Source: the human T2T-CHM13v2.0 reference genome, Homo sapiens
DNA length: 64,000 nucleotides
Assembly (NCBI RefSeq): GCF_009914755.1
Contig: NC_060937.1
Strand: one strand, 5' to 3'
A program made the position numbers and the translations under genes. Positions 50,696-64,000 of the stretch are shown here, in pieces. The notes below the pieces were generated by a model. It had not been told where the DNA came from. It ran no database searches and worked only from the letters and a program-made list of their open reading frames with translations. The first letter of the stretch is position 1, and each line of letters opens with the position of its first letter.

Positions 50696-53600
50696 CAAAG
50701 GCACCACAGATGCGCCCCACACAATGCGCTGCTTTCATAACAAGGCGCAGGGGTCGTGACCCTGCCTCCACCCTGTGTAAAGTCACAGCTGCAGGATCTC
50801 GGGGCAGGACGCACACTCCCCAGGCAGCGCCCTGTGGCCTCCCTGGAGAAGCTTGGTGCTCTGCGGACAGCGTCCCCACTGGCAGGAAAAACCACTATCA
50901 ACCTCGAAGCCAAAAGGGACACCAGACGCGCATTTTAATATTCACGACAAGGCCTCAGGTGACGAGCTACTCACAGGACAAGCGTTAACAATTAATAGTA
51001 ATCCACAAAACATCTGGGATTTTTACGACAAAACGGCCTCTTCTGTACGTCCTAGAGCAACTTTCAGGGCCACTGAGGCCTAAGTGATGGCAGGAAGCCG
51101 TGGTGTTTGAATGTGTGAAAGCAGCCTGGACTTGGCGTTTCCAGCCCCGTTCGCTCCCGGCAGAGCCCCAAGAACCAAGGGCTGGAGGCTTCACTTCCTG
51201 CTCCAGAGTGGCAGGTGCCCAGGCTGTCCTGGCCGCGGTGCATCTCACACAAGAAGCCCAGCGGGAGCACGCACAGCTCTGGGCCTTGCGGCAAATGCGT
51301 AACCAAAAGGCGTAAATCAAGCTTCGTTCACCATGGAGGAACCTCAGAACCACCGGCACCGATAGCCAAGCTGCCAGAGAATGGAACGGACGCCCTCCAT
51401 TGGCACAAACTCCAGCAGCCGGCTTGTCAGGAAGCTGCAGCAGCTTCAGAGCAACCCAGGCCTCGGGGTTCACCTGGCGCGTCACCGTTTCCCGAGAGCC
51501 CCTCGCCCCCGCACAGGCACTGAGGACCCCACCACATGGGCCTGTGCCTGCCTGGCAGGAAGGCAGGGAGGAGGAAGTGGGTCGGGCTGGATTGCATGTC
51601 TGATGTGTGTCCGATGAATGTCCAGTGCGTGTCCAATGCGTGTCTGGTGAGTGGTGAGTGTCTGGTGTGTGTCTGATGTGTGTCTGATGCATATTTGGTG
51701 CGTGTCCGGTGCGTGGTGAGGGGCGGTGAGATGAGGATGCCAGCGCTAAGCACACCCCACAAACGGGCGCCGCGCACCTGGCATTTAACCCTGCACACTT
51801 CCTCACCACCCTGATGCACAGGGTGGGAAACCGAGGCACTCCAACATCTGATGAAACGAAACTAACCCCAGGGCTTGGGCAGCAGGGCTGAGAGTGCGGC
51901 GTCCCTGGGCGCTGCCCGGTAGCGGGGTGTTCAGTTGCTCTGCCAAAGGCTCTGCACAAGTGGCTCCTCTCTCTGTAACTCTGCTTGGCAGTGGGGGGCT
52001 CGGTGGGGGGAGGCCCGTGCTGGCTGGGCACCTGGGAGGGTCCCGTGAGGCTTCTGGTGGTGCTGACAGCTGTCTGTGGAAATTGAGGTGCTTAAAATTC
52101 ATAAATAAACCAGAAATCCATTCAATAAAAAGAGATAAAAATAGCAGAAAGAGGAAGCTACAAGAAAACATACGAACTCCATAAAATTATCACCACAGAC
52201 TGGACGTGCCCCTTTCTAAATGTAAAAGCGGTTTATAGCAACACAGCATGGCCCTGCTGCACTACCCCTGGGGAGCAAGACCTCCTCCAGCCTCCACCCA
52301 GGAATTTCTCCAGCAATGGCTTTAGAACCTTGCTCCTGAATCGCAGCAGGGGAGGCAGCGCTTTGGGGCCCTCTGTCAGGCTGCCCCCCCTGCTAAGAGG
52401 AGCTGTTGTCCTTGGGAACCACGGGTCCCCCCTCCTGAAGAAGGGGAACGTCACACTCACAGTTCCATTTTACACATTTGCAGCTGAGAACCCTGGAGCC
52501 AGAACAGGCTCCAGCACAGGCGATGGGTGAGTGTTTTGCATGTCTGATGTCGTTTATTCTAGTGGTTCCAATTGCCTATTTTAATGTTTTTCTTCTTATT
52601 TCATATAACTTTTTAAACTTAAAGTAATAAAGTTATTACTAACTTTGTTTCCTGCGGGTCACCTCAAGTCTTTCAGGAAACCAGGCAGGACATCTGCAGG
52701 CGGCCGGCCAGCCTTATCAACGGAGCTCTGAGCCACCAACCACTGTGACCAAGCTTCATTCCCACGAGCTGGACGAGCAGAAGGCATTGCAGGGCAGTGG
52801 GGTCCGGAGAGGCGGCCGTGCTACAGGCCTTGCACTCATTTTAATGAAGGCTCTGCAGGATTTCAAGGAAAGCTGGAGCCAGTCTCTGTGCCAGAATAGA
52901 GGGTTCGTTCAGCTTCTTAGACCGATGATTTATTTAGGGAATAAGAAGGGCGATTCCAGGGACAGTGGAGGCCCCCACAGGAAGGAAACCTCTCCCCACA
53001 ATGACTGTGCACAGAGCCAGCCTGACACCCAAGGCCACGATGCCATAGCCAGGGAGCCCTGAAGAAACTCCTGGAAGAATGTAAAACCCCCAGCTCAAGG
53101 AGGAGAGTGGAGGCGGTTCCCCACCTTCTGGGGGCAGTTAACCTCTGAGAATGAACCCACAGCTAAAACCCATAAAACCTCTGCCAACCACACCCAGACC
53201 TGGAAGGGGCACCTCTGGCCAGGGCGCTCAGCACGAGGGGACCCAGAACAATGGCTTCCCTGGGGTGCGGGCTCGGCCTGCAGGATGGAGGCTGGAGAGC
53301 TGCCATCCTAGCGCACACTGGGTAGATGCAGGTGTTTCCAATGTGCTGAAGAGGGCAGGGCCTGGCTGAGGCCCTGGGAGGTCGGAGTCCCGGAGGTGGG
53401 TGGGGGTGGTGAGTTCCCAGGTCACTTCCCCAGGTGTGCGTTTTCCTCACTGTCCTGTCCTATTCATTCATTTTAGCACGGAGGCCAGAACCAGCCGAAT
53501 GAAGCCCCTGCCTGACCACTCAGGGGTGTGAGGACAGGGGCGAGGACCGGGATCATCAGTCAGCTCCTAGAATGGCAGGTTTGTACCTGCAAACGGAGCA

Positions 53601-54326
53601 CCAGAGTGACATCCCCCCAAGACCCCCGAGATGCCATGAGCCCCATGGAGACCACCCACCCGGCAGGGGCCAGCTCCAGGTGCTGCTGCTGCGGCGAGGC
53701 CGTCACCACCATCCACGCGTCCAGCAGGAAGAGCGGATTCCTCGGGCGTGAGGCTCACCACTCACGTTGTCTGCACACCTGCCTGACGACCTCTCCCGAA
53801 CCTGGATTCCCACCACAGAATTCAGCTCCTCGGGTGCTCACCAGCCCGTGACTTGTGGTCACCAGACCGGACGGAAAACACAGAGACCATTTCCTGTTTT
53901 GCAGAAAATCCTGTTGGGCCATGCCAGTCCTAGAGCCAAAACACGGTGTCCACTTGAGGGTCCAGACCTGAGGCCACCCTTGCTGGGACAGCATCTCCTT
54001 CCCTCTCAGAGCAATGCCACTGATGCCCAGACCAGCAACCATGCCCGTCCTCGCCTGCCCGACAATGCCCTTCCCAGGCCCTGCTCCTCGGAGGACTGGT
54101 CATGGGCACCCTGGACTATGCCGACCCGCAGTCCCCAGGGACCAAGCCCTGCTGCTGTGGACACAGGTGACCCTGCCCCTCGCAGGGGAGCTGCTCTTCT
54201 CCTGAGCCCAGGAGTGCTCTGAAACTTATATCCCAATGAGAACCAAAATCAGGAGTAGAAGTGGGAGTTGAAGGCCAGAGCCTTTTTCGAAGAACTTCCC
54301 TAAGCTCTTTTAAATACCTGCATCCA

Positions 54327-54595
54327 GGCCAGATGCAGTGGCTCACGCCTGTAATCCCAGCACTTTGGGAGGCCATGCCAGAAGCGCCACTTGAGCCCAG
54401 GAGTTAGAGATCAACCTGGGCAACATAGCAAGACCCCAACTCAACAGAAAATTTAAAAATTAGATGGGTTTGGTGGCGCACGTCTGCAGGGAAGCGGAGG
54501 ATTGCTTGAGCCCGGGGTTCCAGGCTGCAGTGAGCTGTGATCACAGCACTGCACTCCTGCCTGAGTGACAGGGCGAGACCCTGTCTCAAAAAACC
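54327..54595 (+). mobile_element. AluJ
   Basis: cttgagcccaggagtt...cctgggcaacatagcaagacccc, aggctgcagtgagctgtgatc; TSD-like aaa(t/c)acctgcatc. Confidence 0.9.
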
Positions 54596-56321
54596 AAACA
54601 CCTGCATCTCCTGCATCTTCAGAGCACAGTCCCGCCTGGAGGAGCCGCCGTCAGGCCCTCCTGCATCTTCACAGCACAGTCCCCAGGTGCAGCTGCTCCC
54701 CCCAACCTAATTCAGGCCCTGGTAAGCTTCACAAGGCCAAGGGGACGTTGGTCTCCACCAGGAAGACTATATGGCACGTCTAAATGTAAGAATCTGTGAC
54801 AGACGTCGCTGAAGCCAATGCGAGGAGGCGCAGGTACCCAGGAGGCACAGGTACCCAGGAGGCACAGGTGCCCACACGGGCCTTGCCGGGGGAAGCACGA
54901 CTTTGAAGATGGGGACGTCCACGTTTCAACGCTGCCTTGCCAGAGGCCAGTTCCCTCATCTCTCAGCCTCAGGACACCGCCCTCTCCACAGTGCAGCCTG
55001 CGGGCACAGAGGGCGCTCGGCTGGGGAAGGGCAGTGGCTCTGCCCCCAAAGCGGCCTCCCCAGGACACACCACTGCCTGGCTTGGAGGTTTCTTCCTCTG
55101 CCCTGCACAGTGAGACAAGCACATGGCAGGGCCTCCCACACACCAGGACCAAACAACGGGGAGCACTTTCGATGTCTTTGGCCCCCGCCAGGCGTGGCTC
55201 ACTGGACCCAGAAACCACAGCGCTCTCTCTCTCCATGACTGTTTCAGCTGCCCATCCCCGTTCTAGACTGTGGGAATAGCAGCCAATGAAGCAAAGTCCT
55301 GGCCCCATGGAGCCAGCCAAAGAGCACACAGAACCACGAATGTCCAACGCGGGCAAGGCTGGCGGGGGCAGCACTGTGGCCTCGCTCGGGGGACAGGGAG
55401 GCTTACAGACGAGTGAGCGCTTGAACAGCGCTGTGGACGGTGAGGAGACCCGCAGGAGGACAAGGGAACGCATGAATGAGGCCATGGACGGCGCGGAGAG
55501 CGCAGGAGGGGTCTAGGCAGAGGGACACCAGGTGCGAAGGCCTCGAGGCAGCAGGGCTTGTGTGTGGTAAAGACGTAGGAGCAAGGAGAAGGCCGACGTG
55601 GCCTGGGCAGGGCACGGCAGGACCGGAGCATGCTGGGAGCCGAGGTCAGAGGTCAGGGTGCAGCCGAGGTCACGTGGTGCAGAGCAGACATTTCACCACA
55701 GCAGCTGGGAATATGCAGGCCCGTGCAAGACACTGGATGGACGGATGCACGGATGGGGCAGTGGGCATGCAGGGAGGAATCACCTGTCTCAGGTCAGCAG
55801 CCAGGAGCTGCCCAGACCTGGCACAGTGGACCAGGAAGGGAAGGTCACCCAAGCCTCCACAGGTGGGGCTTTCTGCAAGCAAGGTGCAGCGGTCAGCCCG
55901 AGAGGCCACGGTGCCGAGCAAATCCTGGTTGTCCTCATGGGGACGACAGGAATTCAGTTCTGGCAGAGCCAAGACTGCCGGGAAGCCAGAGGGGCTCCTG
56001 CAGGAGGTGACGGGCCTGCGGGGACGCGAAGGGCCAGGACCGGACACGCCCCGTTCCGCTCTGCTTCCAGTGAGGCGAGAGGCGGGCAGGAAGCAGCTGG
56101 AGCCGCGCACGCCCGGAGCTCAGGCCAGGACTGTCCCCCAGCGCTGCGCTCGCCCGCGGTGGAGCTGCAGTGTTATCAGTGGTCAGCTCAAGTCCAGTGG
56201 CTTGAAAGGGAGGCAGAGGCCTCACCTTCCCTGAGGCTCCCTGTGAAGAGCAGGAGGCTGGGCCCTCGGGAAGACCCCAGCCAGGCTCTGCCACCTCCAC
56301 AGCCGGGAGACGGGGCCTCCA

Positions 56322-56452
56322 AAGCCGGCAGACGGAGCCCCCACAGCCGGCAGACGGAGCCCCCCACAGCCGGCAGATGGAGCCCCCCACAGCCGGCAGA
56401 CGGAGCCCCCCACAGCCGGCAGACGGAGCCCCCACAGCCGGCAGATGGAGCC
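56322..56452. repeat. 22-23 bp tandem repeat (cacagccggcagayggagcccc), ~6 units
   Basis: Direct inspection. Confidence 0.88.
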
Positions 56453-56836
56453 TGGGCACTGCACACAGAGACATTTCTTCTTCCCGAGACCTCGCACAGA
56501 AATTACTCACTTAAAAGCACTTAAGAGTTTTTTCATTTTTTCAGTGGCAAATATTTCGAGGGAATACCACAGAAATAGCCACACCAAAACCCAACTCAGT
56601 TCTCCCTTCTCCACCCCCGCCACGGCCGGGGACGCTGCCTCGATGCGCGGGGCTCCCTCCGCCATGGCCGGGGACGCTGCCTCGATGCGTGGGGCTTGGG
56701 TTCTTCAGGTCTCTTGATGTTTTTCCTCTTAGAACCGCAAACTACGGTTGCCTGAAAAGGTTTCTAAAAACCCCAGGCGCCCAGGCCCACCTCAGAGAAC
56801 GGCTCTTTAAGGGTGATGGGTTATGAAACAGGAGCC

Positions 56837-57180
<344 letters not shown>

Positions 57181-57749
57181 TCATTACAAAGCGTGGCAGG
57201 CTGCCTTCTCTCCAGAGGGTTTCTGGTGCCCTATCCACGGAGGCGGCAGTGGGATTCAGCCGTCACCTGTGCTTGCGGTAGTAACTCCATCTCAGACTCA
57301 ACAGGGGACGTGTCTGCACAGAGCACACGGCGCAGGGGTTGGGCGGGGAGGACGGCAAGGTCAAGCCAGCTCAGGGGACATGGTGGGCAGGGGGCTCCAG
57401 ATCCCACGGTGGGCAGAAAAGGCGGGGGTCGGACTGGCGCCGTCCTGGACCATGTCCACGTCTGGGGTCTGCAGGTTCCATCTCCCTTTCCACTGTGCCT
57501 AACCTTACATCTATAACCTACATCCAGCAAGACACGATTTTCCACGATGAGTTGATTCGTAATTCCATTTATGTGCAAGTTTTTAGAATTTTCCTGTGGG
57601 TTTTTTTTTTTACTTACTTATGATTTTAATTTTGTTTGCTTTAAAAAAAACACATGCATAGGAAAGAATGCTTCCTTTCATTTCAATTAAAAACAACAAA
57701 TTGCTTTTTTTTAAGCAAAAATTCATTGAGGGGGGGCTCGCATTGTACA

Positions 57750-58680
57750 AAGAAAATCAGACCCACCGGGATGGCTGTGATCAAAGAGACAGTAACAAGG
57801 GTAGGGAGGTGGAGATGCGAATCCAAACACACAACTTGTGCAAAGGTCAAGTGGCCACAGCCGCCACGGAAAACAGGCTGGCGGTTCCTCCGACGTTCAA
57901 CACACAGTCGCCACGGGACACAGTGGTTCCACCCCCAGGTGTGCAGCAATAGACATCACAGCCCACGTCCGCACGCAGACTCGGACACGCGTGCTCACAG
58001 CCCACGTCCGCACGCAGACTCAGACACGCGTGCTCACAGCCCACGTCCGCATGCAGACTCGGACACGCGTGCTCACAGCCCACGTCCGCATGCAGACTCG
58101 GACACGCGTGCTCACAGCCCACGTCCGCATGCAGACTCGGACACGCGTGCTCACAGCCCACGTCCGCATGCAGACTCGGACACGCGTGCTCACAGCCCAC
58201 GTTCGCACGCAGACTCAGACATGCGTGCTCACAGCCTCAGTCATGACAGCCAGACAGTGGAAACAAGGCAGGTGGGCCTCGGCTGCTGAGGGAGCAACAG
58301 CAGAACGGTGCTCAGCCCTGGAGAGGAAGGACGCCTGGACCCTGGCCCCACACCACAGCATCCACAATGTGGTGCCAACCAACAGGCCACGCACACAGAG
58401 GCCATGGGCCAGACGCTTCCACTGACACGAAATGCCCAAGAGAGGCACAGCTGGCGACAGAACGGGGACCCGTGTCTGCCGCCCCAGGAGAGGCTGCAGG
58501 CCGGAAACTGGAGGATTACAGGGCGCGAGTGTCGTTTTAGGGAGATGAAAATGTTCTAAAATTGGCTGTGGCAATTGTTGCACAACTCTGCAAATATACT
58601 AAAAACCACTGAATTGTACATTTCAAAATGGGTGAATTGTACGGTGCTTGAATTATACCTCAATAAAGCTATTTTTAAAG
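57750..58680 (+). mobile_element. Old L1M 3' fragment containing a VNTR
   Basis: 3' end gatgaaaatgttctaaaatt...ccactgaattgtacatttcaaaatgggtgaattg...tatacctcaataaagct. Confidence 0.75.
57957..58236. repeat. 39 bp VNTR, 7 units (cacagcccacgtccgcatgcagactcggacacgcgtgct)
   Basis: Direct inspection; 13-aa periodicity. Confidence 0.93.
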
Positions 58681-58767
58681 AAACAAAATTTTAAATACAT
58701 AAAAAAATCAGAAAGTGAAATCTGGAATTAACATTCCAGGAAACATCCTCCTGGAGTTTTTTCTCCA

Positions 58768-58965
58768 AAAATATAAAATAGAATAAAATATATAAATGTT
58801 ATAGGTTTAAAATATACAAAATATAAATATATTTGTATTACATTTATAACATAAATACAATATTTATAATACAAATATAAGTATATTCATACTATAGACT
58901 CATTATATTATAATACAAATATATTAACAATAATAGTAAATATTTATGTTATAAATATAGAAGAT
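58768..58965. repeat. AT-rich low-complexity tract
   Basis: Nearly pure A/T within a GC-rich locus. Confidence 0.85.
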
Positions 58966-61900
58966 ACGAATGGAAATACGGATAAATTTTTTAAATAAAA
59001 GTGAGGTTATGTTCCCTGTGACAGAGTCAGCTTTTTCCTTTCACATCAGGCCATGGGCCACTTTCCAAAGAGCTGATAAAACGCTGGGGTCAGACGGCAC
59101 GTGTGTGCGTGGACAGCAGTGCCAGGTCCCCCTGCCATGTGCACGCTGTGTGGTGGGAGCAGCAGGGGTGAGCACCCTGGGAACGCAGATCTGTGCAGTG
59201 GCTGATTGTCCCCGTGGGATAAATTCCTCCAAGGATGTGCACTGTCCTGAGGCCTTTGAAACACAAAGCCACAGAACCCTCCAGGGAGTCTGGACCAGTG
59301 TCCACCCCCAGCATACGCCGTCTTATAAATATTTCTACAGTTTGCTAAACCGGTGGCAAAAACCTGCTTAAATTTTAAATGTCTGGCTCATTGGTGAGGT
59401 GGAATGTCCATCTTTTTATGAGCAGTTTTAAATCTCATTTTTTCTTGAAATGCTCTGGGCCTGTTTTCTATTAGAATGACCATCTTTTCATGCTCAGGAT
59501 TTAACCCTCCGGGAACTTCTGAATGTGTGTTGCAACTTAAAAGACATATTATTTCACAACATTTAAGGAGGATCTTTTTTGAACTAAAAAAACCCCCACA
59601 AATTTGTTAAATTTGTCACCAGTGGGTGACTATGGACCTGTGATCAGCCAACTCTGAAATGAGCTCCAGCAGATGGACACAGCGTCCCAGGACCTGCAGG
59701 AGCAGAGGCTGCGAGGCCAGCCACGTCCACCTCGATCACGTCACCTCGTGGGCAGAATGGCCTACGCCCCATGTCCTCCCAGCCCCACCCAGAACCCACG
59801 GTGAGCACCCGGCAGGAAGTGGCCACAGCACCATCACTGGAGGCCACGCGGAGTCTGAGGACAGCAGCTTTCCCCCCTATGCTGTTGTGGGGACTCCAGG
59901 CTCAGCCTGAGGACAGGGTCAGTTCCCTCCACACAGCACCAACACTCCCAGGTGCAAAGCCCAGGCCCACGGACAGCCCCCCGCTGTCCGTGGGTCTCAT
60001 GGTGGGGGCACCCATTTTCTTTCATCAGCAGGAAGGTTTGTGCTTTCTCCTTCCTGGGCAGCAGAGTTTGAAGCGTATTCCAAAAGAAAAATGAAACCGG
60101 CTGAACGCTAGGGCATTCCTCCCATCCCCCATCCTGTTCGGTGGCTTGTGCCGGACAATCTCTTCTTTCTGATGGACTCAAAGGGGCCACACAGCCACCA
60201 GGTGCCCCCCTTCCCATCAGCAGCTTAACCTCGGGGTATCTCTTGGACAGGCCGGCTTTGTCTCCAGCCGAGGTCAGCAGCAGTCAGATGCGGGATGAAT
60301 GCCTGGCCCAGGCGGCCCCCACTCACCGCCCGAGGGCTCTGGAACTCTCTTTCCAAATAAAGAAAAAGTGCGGCCTGAGAGGACCAGGCTCGCCTGAAAT
60401 CCTGCCATGTGGCCTAAGGAAATTAACGCACGCAGCAGCCTCTCCCTCTGAGGCAGAGACCCTGGCAAAGTCTCCTTTCCCTCAGTCATTTCTGGAAGAA
60501 GTGCAAATGAAGTTTCACAGAATCAAGCAAACTTTCACGGGGAAAAAAGAAAAAACCTCTTGCAGAAAACAGAGTTGACCTTTAAGTAGTGGCTCTGATG
60601 AGGGGAAACCATCTGAACTGAATTCCTCCTCCTCCTGGAGCCTGGAGCAGGGGCTCAGCTGGGACCAGCAGAGAAACCCCCGCCTTCTCCTCCCTGAGTC
60701 ACTTCCCAGCATCTGCGCAAGGCTGGCGCTGCCCCATCCCGCCTGCGGCTGCTCCCATCACGTGATCATAAGAAAATAAACCTGGTTTCCCAGCTCTGTG
60801 CTCTGCCGCAGGCTCGGGGCCCATTTCCCAAACGCTGGGGGGAGCCGGGAGCTGCCAGGGCTGCCCCAGCCTCGGGGTAGAGGGTAAAGGCTGCGTGAAG
60901 AGGAACCAAACCCCAAACCGGGTCTGCGAAGCAGCCCTGGGGCTCCGAAGCCAGCCTCTGGGCTGAGCTCTGCGGTCCTGAGTCACTGCCTGACTCATCC
61001 TCAGAGGCGCCCCACAGAGAAGGGGCAACTTGGCCAGGGAAAATGCTCCATCTCCGCAAAGGACAGGAGGCAAAACACACCCATCAGAAGCACATGGCCA
61101 GTGCAGGGCCACACAGCCCTGGCTCCCACAGACCGCAGGCTGGAGAATGGGGGTCCGCGGTCAGCTCATAGCCCACCCGCCACCCAGCACTGCAGGGTCA
61201 CACAGCCCTGGCTCCCAGAGGTCAGAGGCTGGAGGGCAGGGGTCCGTGGTCAGCTCACAGCCCACTCACCACCCAGCACGGCAGGTCTCAGCGGAAGCCC
61301 CACACACACTGGGTTGCAGCCTCCTGTGGTTCAAGATGGGTGGGGTTATTTTGAAATGTTGGCAAATAGAGCTGTGAGTCTTCAAACGGAACCCAAAGAC
61401 TCAGTGAGGAAAGCAGGCGGGCTGGGCTGAGACTCACAGCTGCAGCGGCCGTGGTGAGCCACCTCACCTCCCCGAGCCTCAGTCTCCCCATCTGTTCAGG
61501 GGCACCGAGGAGCTGCCCCTCGGCTCAGGGGCTCTGTGGTCGCCAGGCACGCCACACACCACACGCCACACACCACTGCACGCAGCACCCCGGGACACTG
61601 TGGCCTCGGCTCCCGCCTCTCCTGCACATGAGGCTCTTTCCTCTCTCCCACCCCATACCCCCCAAAAAAGAACCACCATCCTTACAAACAAATGAAAATC
61701 GGCTGGGTCTTTAGGGCCCGGCCACGATGTGTGACTGCAGCAGTGACTCTCAGGAGGAGGCACAACCAGACACCGGGTCCCCTGCAGCAGCTGAGACACC
61801 TCAAACCCCAAACCCTCAGTGAGGCCCTGGTGGGAAAAGGGGCTCTCCAGGGAGGAGCCAGGGGCAGGAGAGAGGGCCAGCGGCCGAGGAGCGGGAGGCG

Positions 61901-62375
61901 GCCGGGCGAGAGGAGGCCCGGGCAGGAGGGAGAAGGGGGGACCTGGCCTTTGCTCCTCATGGGATCCTCGGTGCGGCCCCCTCGTGACAGGCCCAGCCTC
62001 TCCCTGCAGTGGCCCAGCCACAGCTCAGGGCCAGGAGGCTCCTGCAGGCACAGGCGGCCGATGAGTCCCTTCCAGGCCTGGGCCTGGGGCAGCCTGCCAT
62101 GTGCAGTAGACACTCAGTACTCACAGAATACGAGCAACCTCATGCTCTCCGCCGGCTGAGTTCCTGTGCGGCTGAGAGAACCCCCTGCATCATTCTGACA
62201 CAGGTGCGCTCCTGTGAGCCAGCATGACACGGAAGGACACACACATGCAGGTGGAGATGGAGATGCTGGGCCGGGCTTGGGGGTCATACAGACAGGACCA
62301 GGGGCTCTGACCTGCTGGGAGATTTGGGGCCAGCATTCCAGGACTGAGAGAACAGATCCCTGGCCTGGGGTGCTC

Positions 62376-62780
62376 TGGGGCTGAGGATGGGCCCCCACCT
62401 GGGCTGAGGACGGGCCTCCCCACCTGGGCTGAGGACAGGCCCCCCTACCTGGGCTGAGGACGGGCCCCCCAACCTGGGCTGAGGACGGGCCCCCTGACCT
62501 GGGCTGAGGACTGGCCCCCTGACCTGGGCTGAGGACAGGCCCCCCAACCTGGGCTGAGGATGGGCCCCCCAGCTGGGGCACTCTGGGGCTGAGGACGGGC
62601 CCCCCACCTGGGGCACTCTGGAGCTGAGGATGGGCCCCCACCTGCGGTACTCTGGGGCTGAGGACGGGCCCCCCACCTGGGGCACTTCTGGGGCTGAGGA
62701 TGGGCCCCCACCTGCGGACACCCCGGGGCTGAGGATGGGCCCCCACCTGGGGTACTCTGGGGCTGAGGATGGGTCCCCTA
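62376..62780. repeat. Composite VNTR (gggctgaggayrggccccccacct; ~25 bp then ~37 bp units)
   Basis: Direct inspection. Confidence 0.88.
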
Positions 62781-64000
62781 CTCCAGCAGTTCTGGGATAT
62801 TCTGGGCTTCAAGAAGCCTCCAGTCGTGTCAAGCAGGTTTTTGTTTAAGCTCTAACTTGAGAGTGAAAATAAATGTTCATGGGAAATGTGACTTTTCATG
62901 AGTCGCCTAATGTCAAAGTCGGTGTTTCCTAAGTCAGCAACTTGGTTTTTATTAAAAGCATCTGAGAGAATGAACCGTCTGTCTCCCAAACCACCAACTT
63001 CCTCCTGCCCCTTTCAGTTTCTAACCCCAAATAACTTCTCCCCTCCCGAAAAACTTTGGAGCTGTGGAGACATTTCTTGGTTTAGTCATTTCTACTACAC
63101 AAAAGTACTATTTTGGGGGTGATTTACATCTTGCAGTATGAACAGAAAGAAACCTCCCTGTCTTTAACAAACACCCACTGCGTGCACACAGGACGGGACG
63201 GGCTTCCACCCAGAAGAGCTCAGAGCCTGCCCCTCAGGGCTGCCAAGTGAGGGTCCCTGGTGATGTCTGATGTCCTCGTCTGCCTGGGAAGACCCAGCTC
63301 TCCTCGCTCAGCTCTAGAAGATCTATCTGTTCCTTGACTTGTAACTTCTAATTGTACATAAAACACACAAACAAAAGAACAAGAACTCCCCCATAATTCC
63401 ACTTCTCAGAAATCACATCACATTGACGTTTTTGTCTGCGTATCCAGATCATTTTGGGGGTGCTCATGATTTTTTAAACAAAAGAACTTTTCCTACAGAC
63501 ACAGCTTTGTAACCTAACGCATAACCAGCTTTCGGAGCAGGAGTTCAGGCCGTGGCACCTCTGGGTGGAGGGGGCACAGAAACCAGCCACGCCTGCAGTT
63601 TCTTCCTGTTGTGGCCACGGCCCCTTCTCCCCGAGATGGGCATGCAAATGAACCCTGCAAAGGACGCAGGAGCAACTCCACAGAAAGGGGGGGCCAGGGC
63701 TCCGCGTGGGGCAGAGGGCTTTGCCCAGCCTCAACCCCAGTGGCAGGGGGTAGGGTCAGACCCAGAACCCTGAGGCAGAGCCTCCCTGAGCCAGGACTGT
63801 CTGCGTGGATGAGGGTTTGGGGAGAGGTCGGCCACGTGGGCGCAGAGGAAGCAGGCAGGGACAGACACCATTCCACGTCCTTACGTGGATGGAAGGAAAT
63901 GAGGACACGACACTTACTGAATATTCTTGCAAATGACTGGACTAACCCAGCAAGGAGAGATTTAGGTTCTGTTGTGTGTGACGCCAGCTGTTCCTTTCTG

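Overview
Human (or very closely related great-ape) genomic DNA from the interior of RASA3 (GAP1-IP4BP, a GAP1-family Ras/Rap GTPase-activating protein; distal 13q34 from recalled knowledge). The gene runs on the minus strand. Sixteen internal coding exons (my numbering 3-18, recalled from the canonical 834-aa protein) splice into one uninterrupted 1569-nt frame covering C2A (part), C2B, the RasGAP domain (arginine finger TIFRGNS, signature [12 protein letters not shown]) and the first residues of the PH domain. Neither start nor stop codon is in the window. One intron (after exon 6) is GC-AG. The introns are GC-rich and dense in minisatellites/VNTRs, Alus, old L1 fragments and two ERV1-type solo LTRs. 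The long ORFs in the supplied track are repeat artefacts. There is no prokaryotic-type system here. The most notable observation is that exon 18 sits between a VNTR carrying ~19 donor copies (17 matching its own AGG|GTAAGG) and a 57-bp VNTR whose units carry 3' and 5' splice-site-like motifs on the sense strand. Several other VNTRs also carry sense-strand splice signals. A dispersed copy of the exon 12 acceptor defines a candidate in-frame 96-nt cryptic exon. All functional interpretations are hypotheses, and whether they are already described could not be checked.
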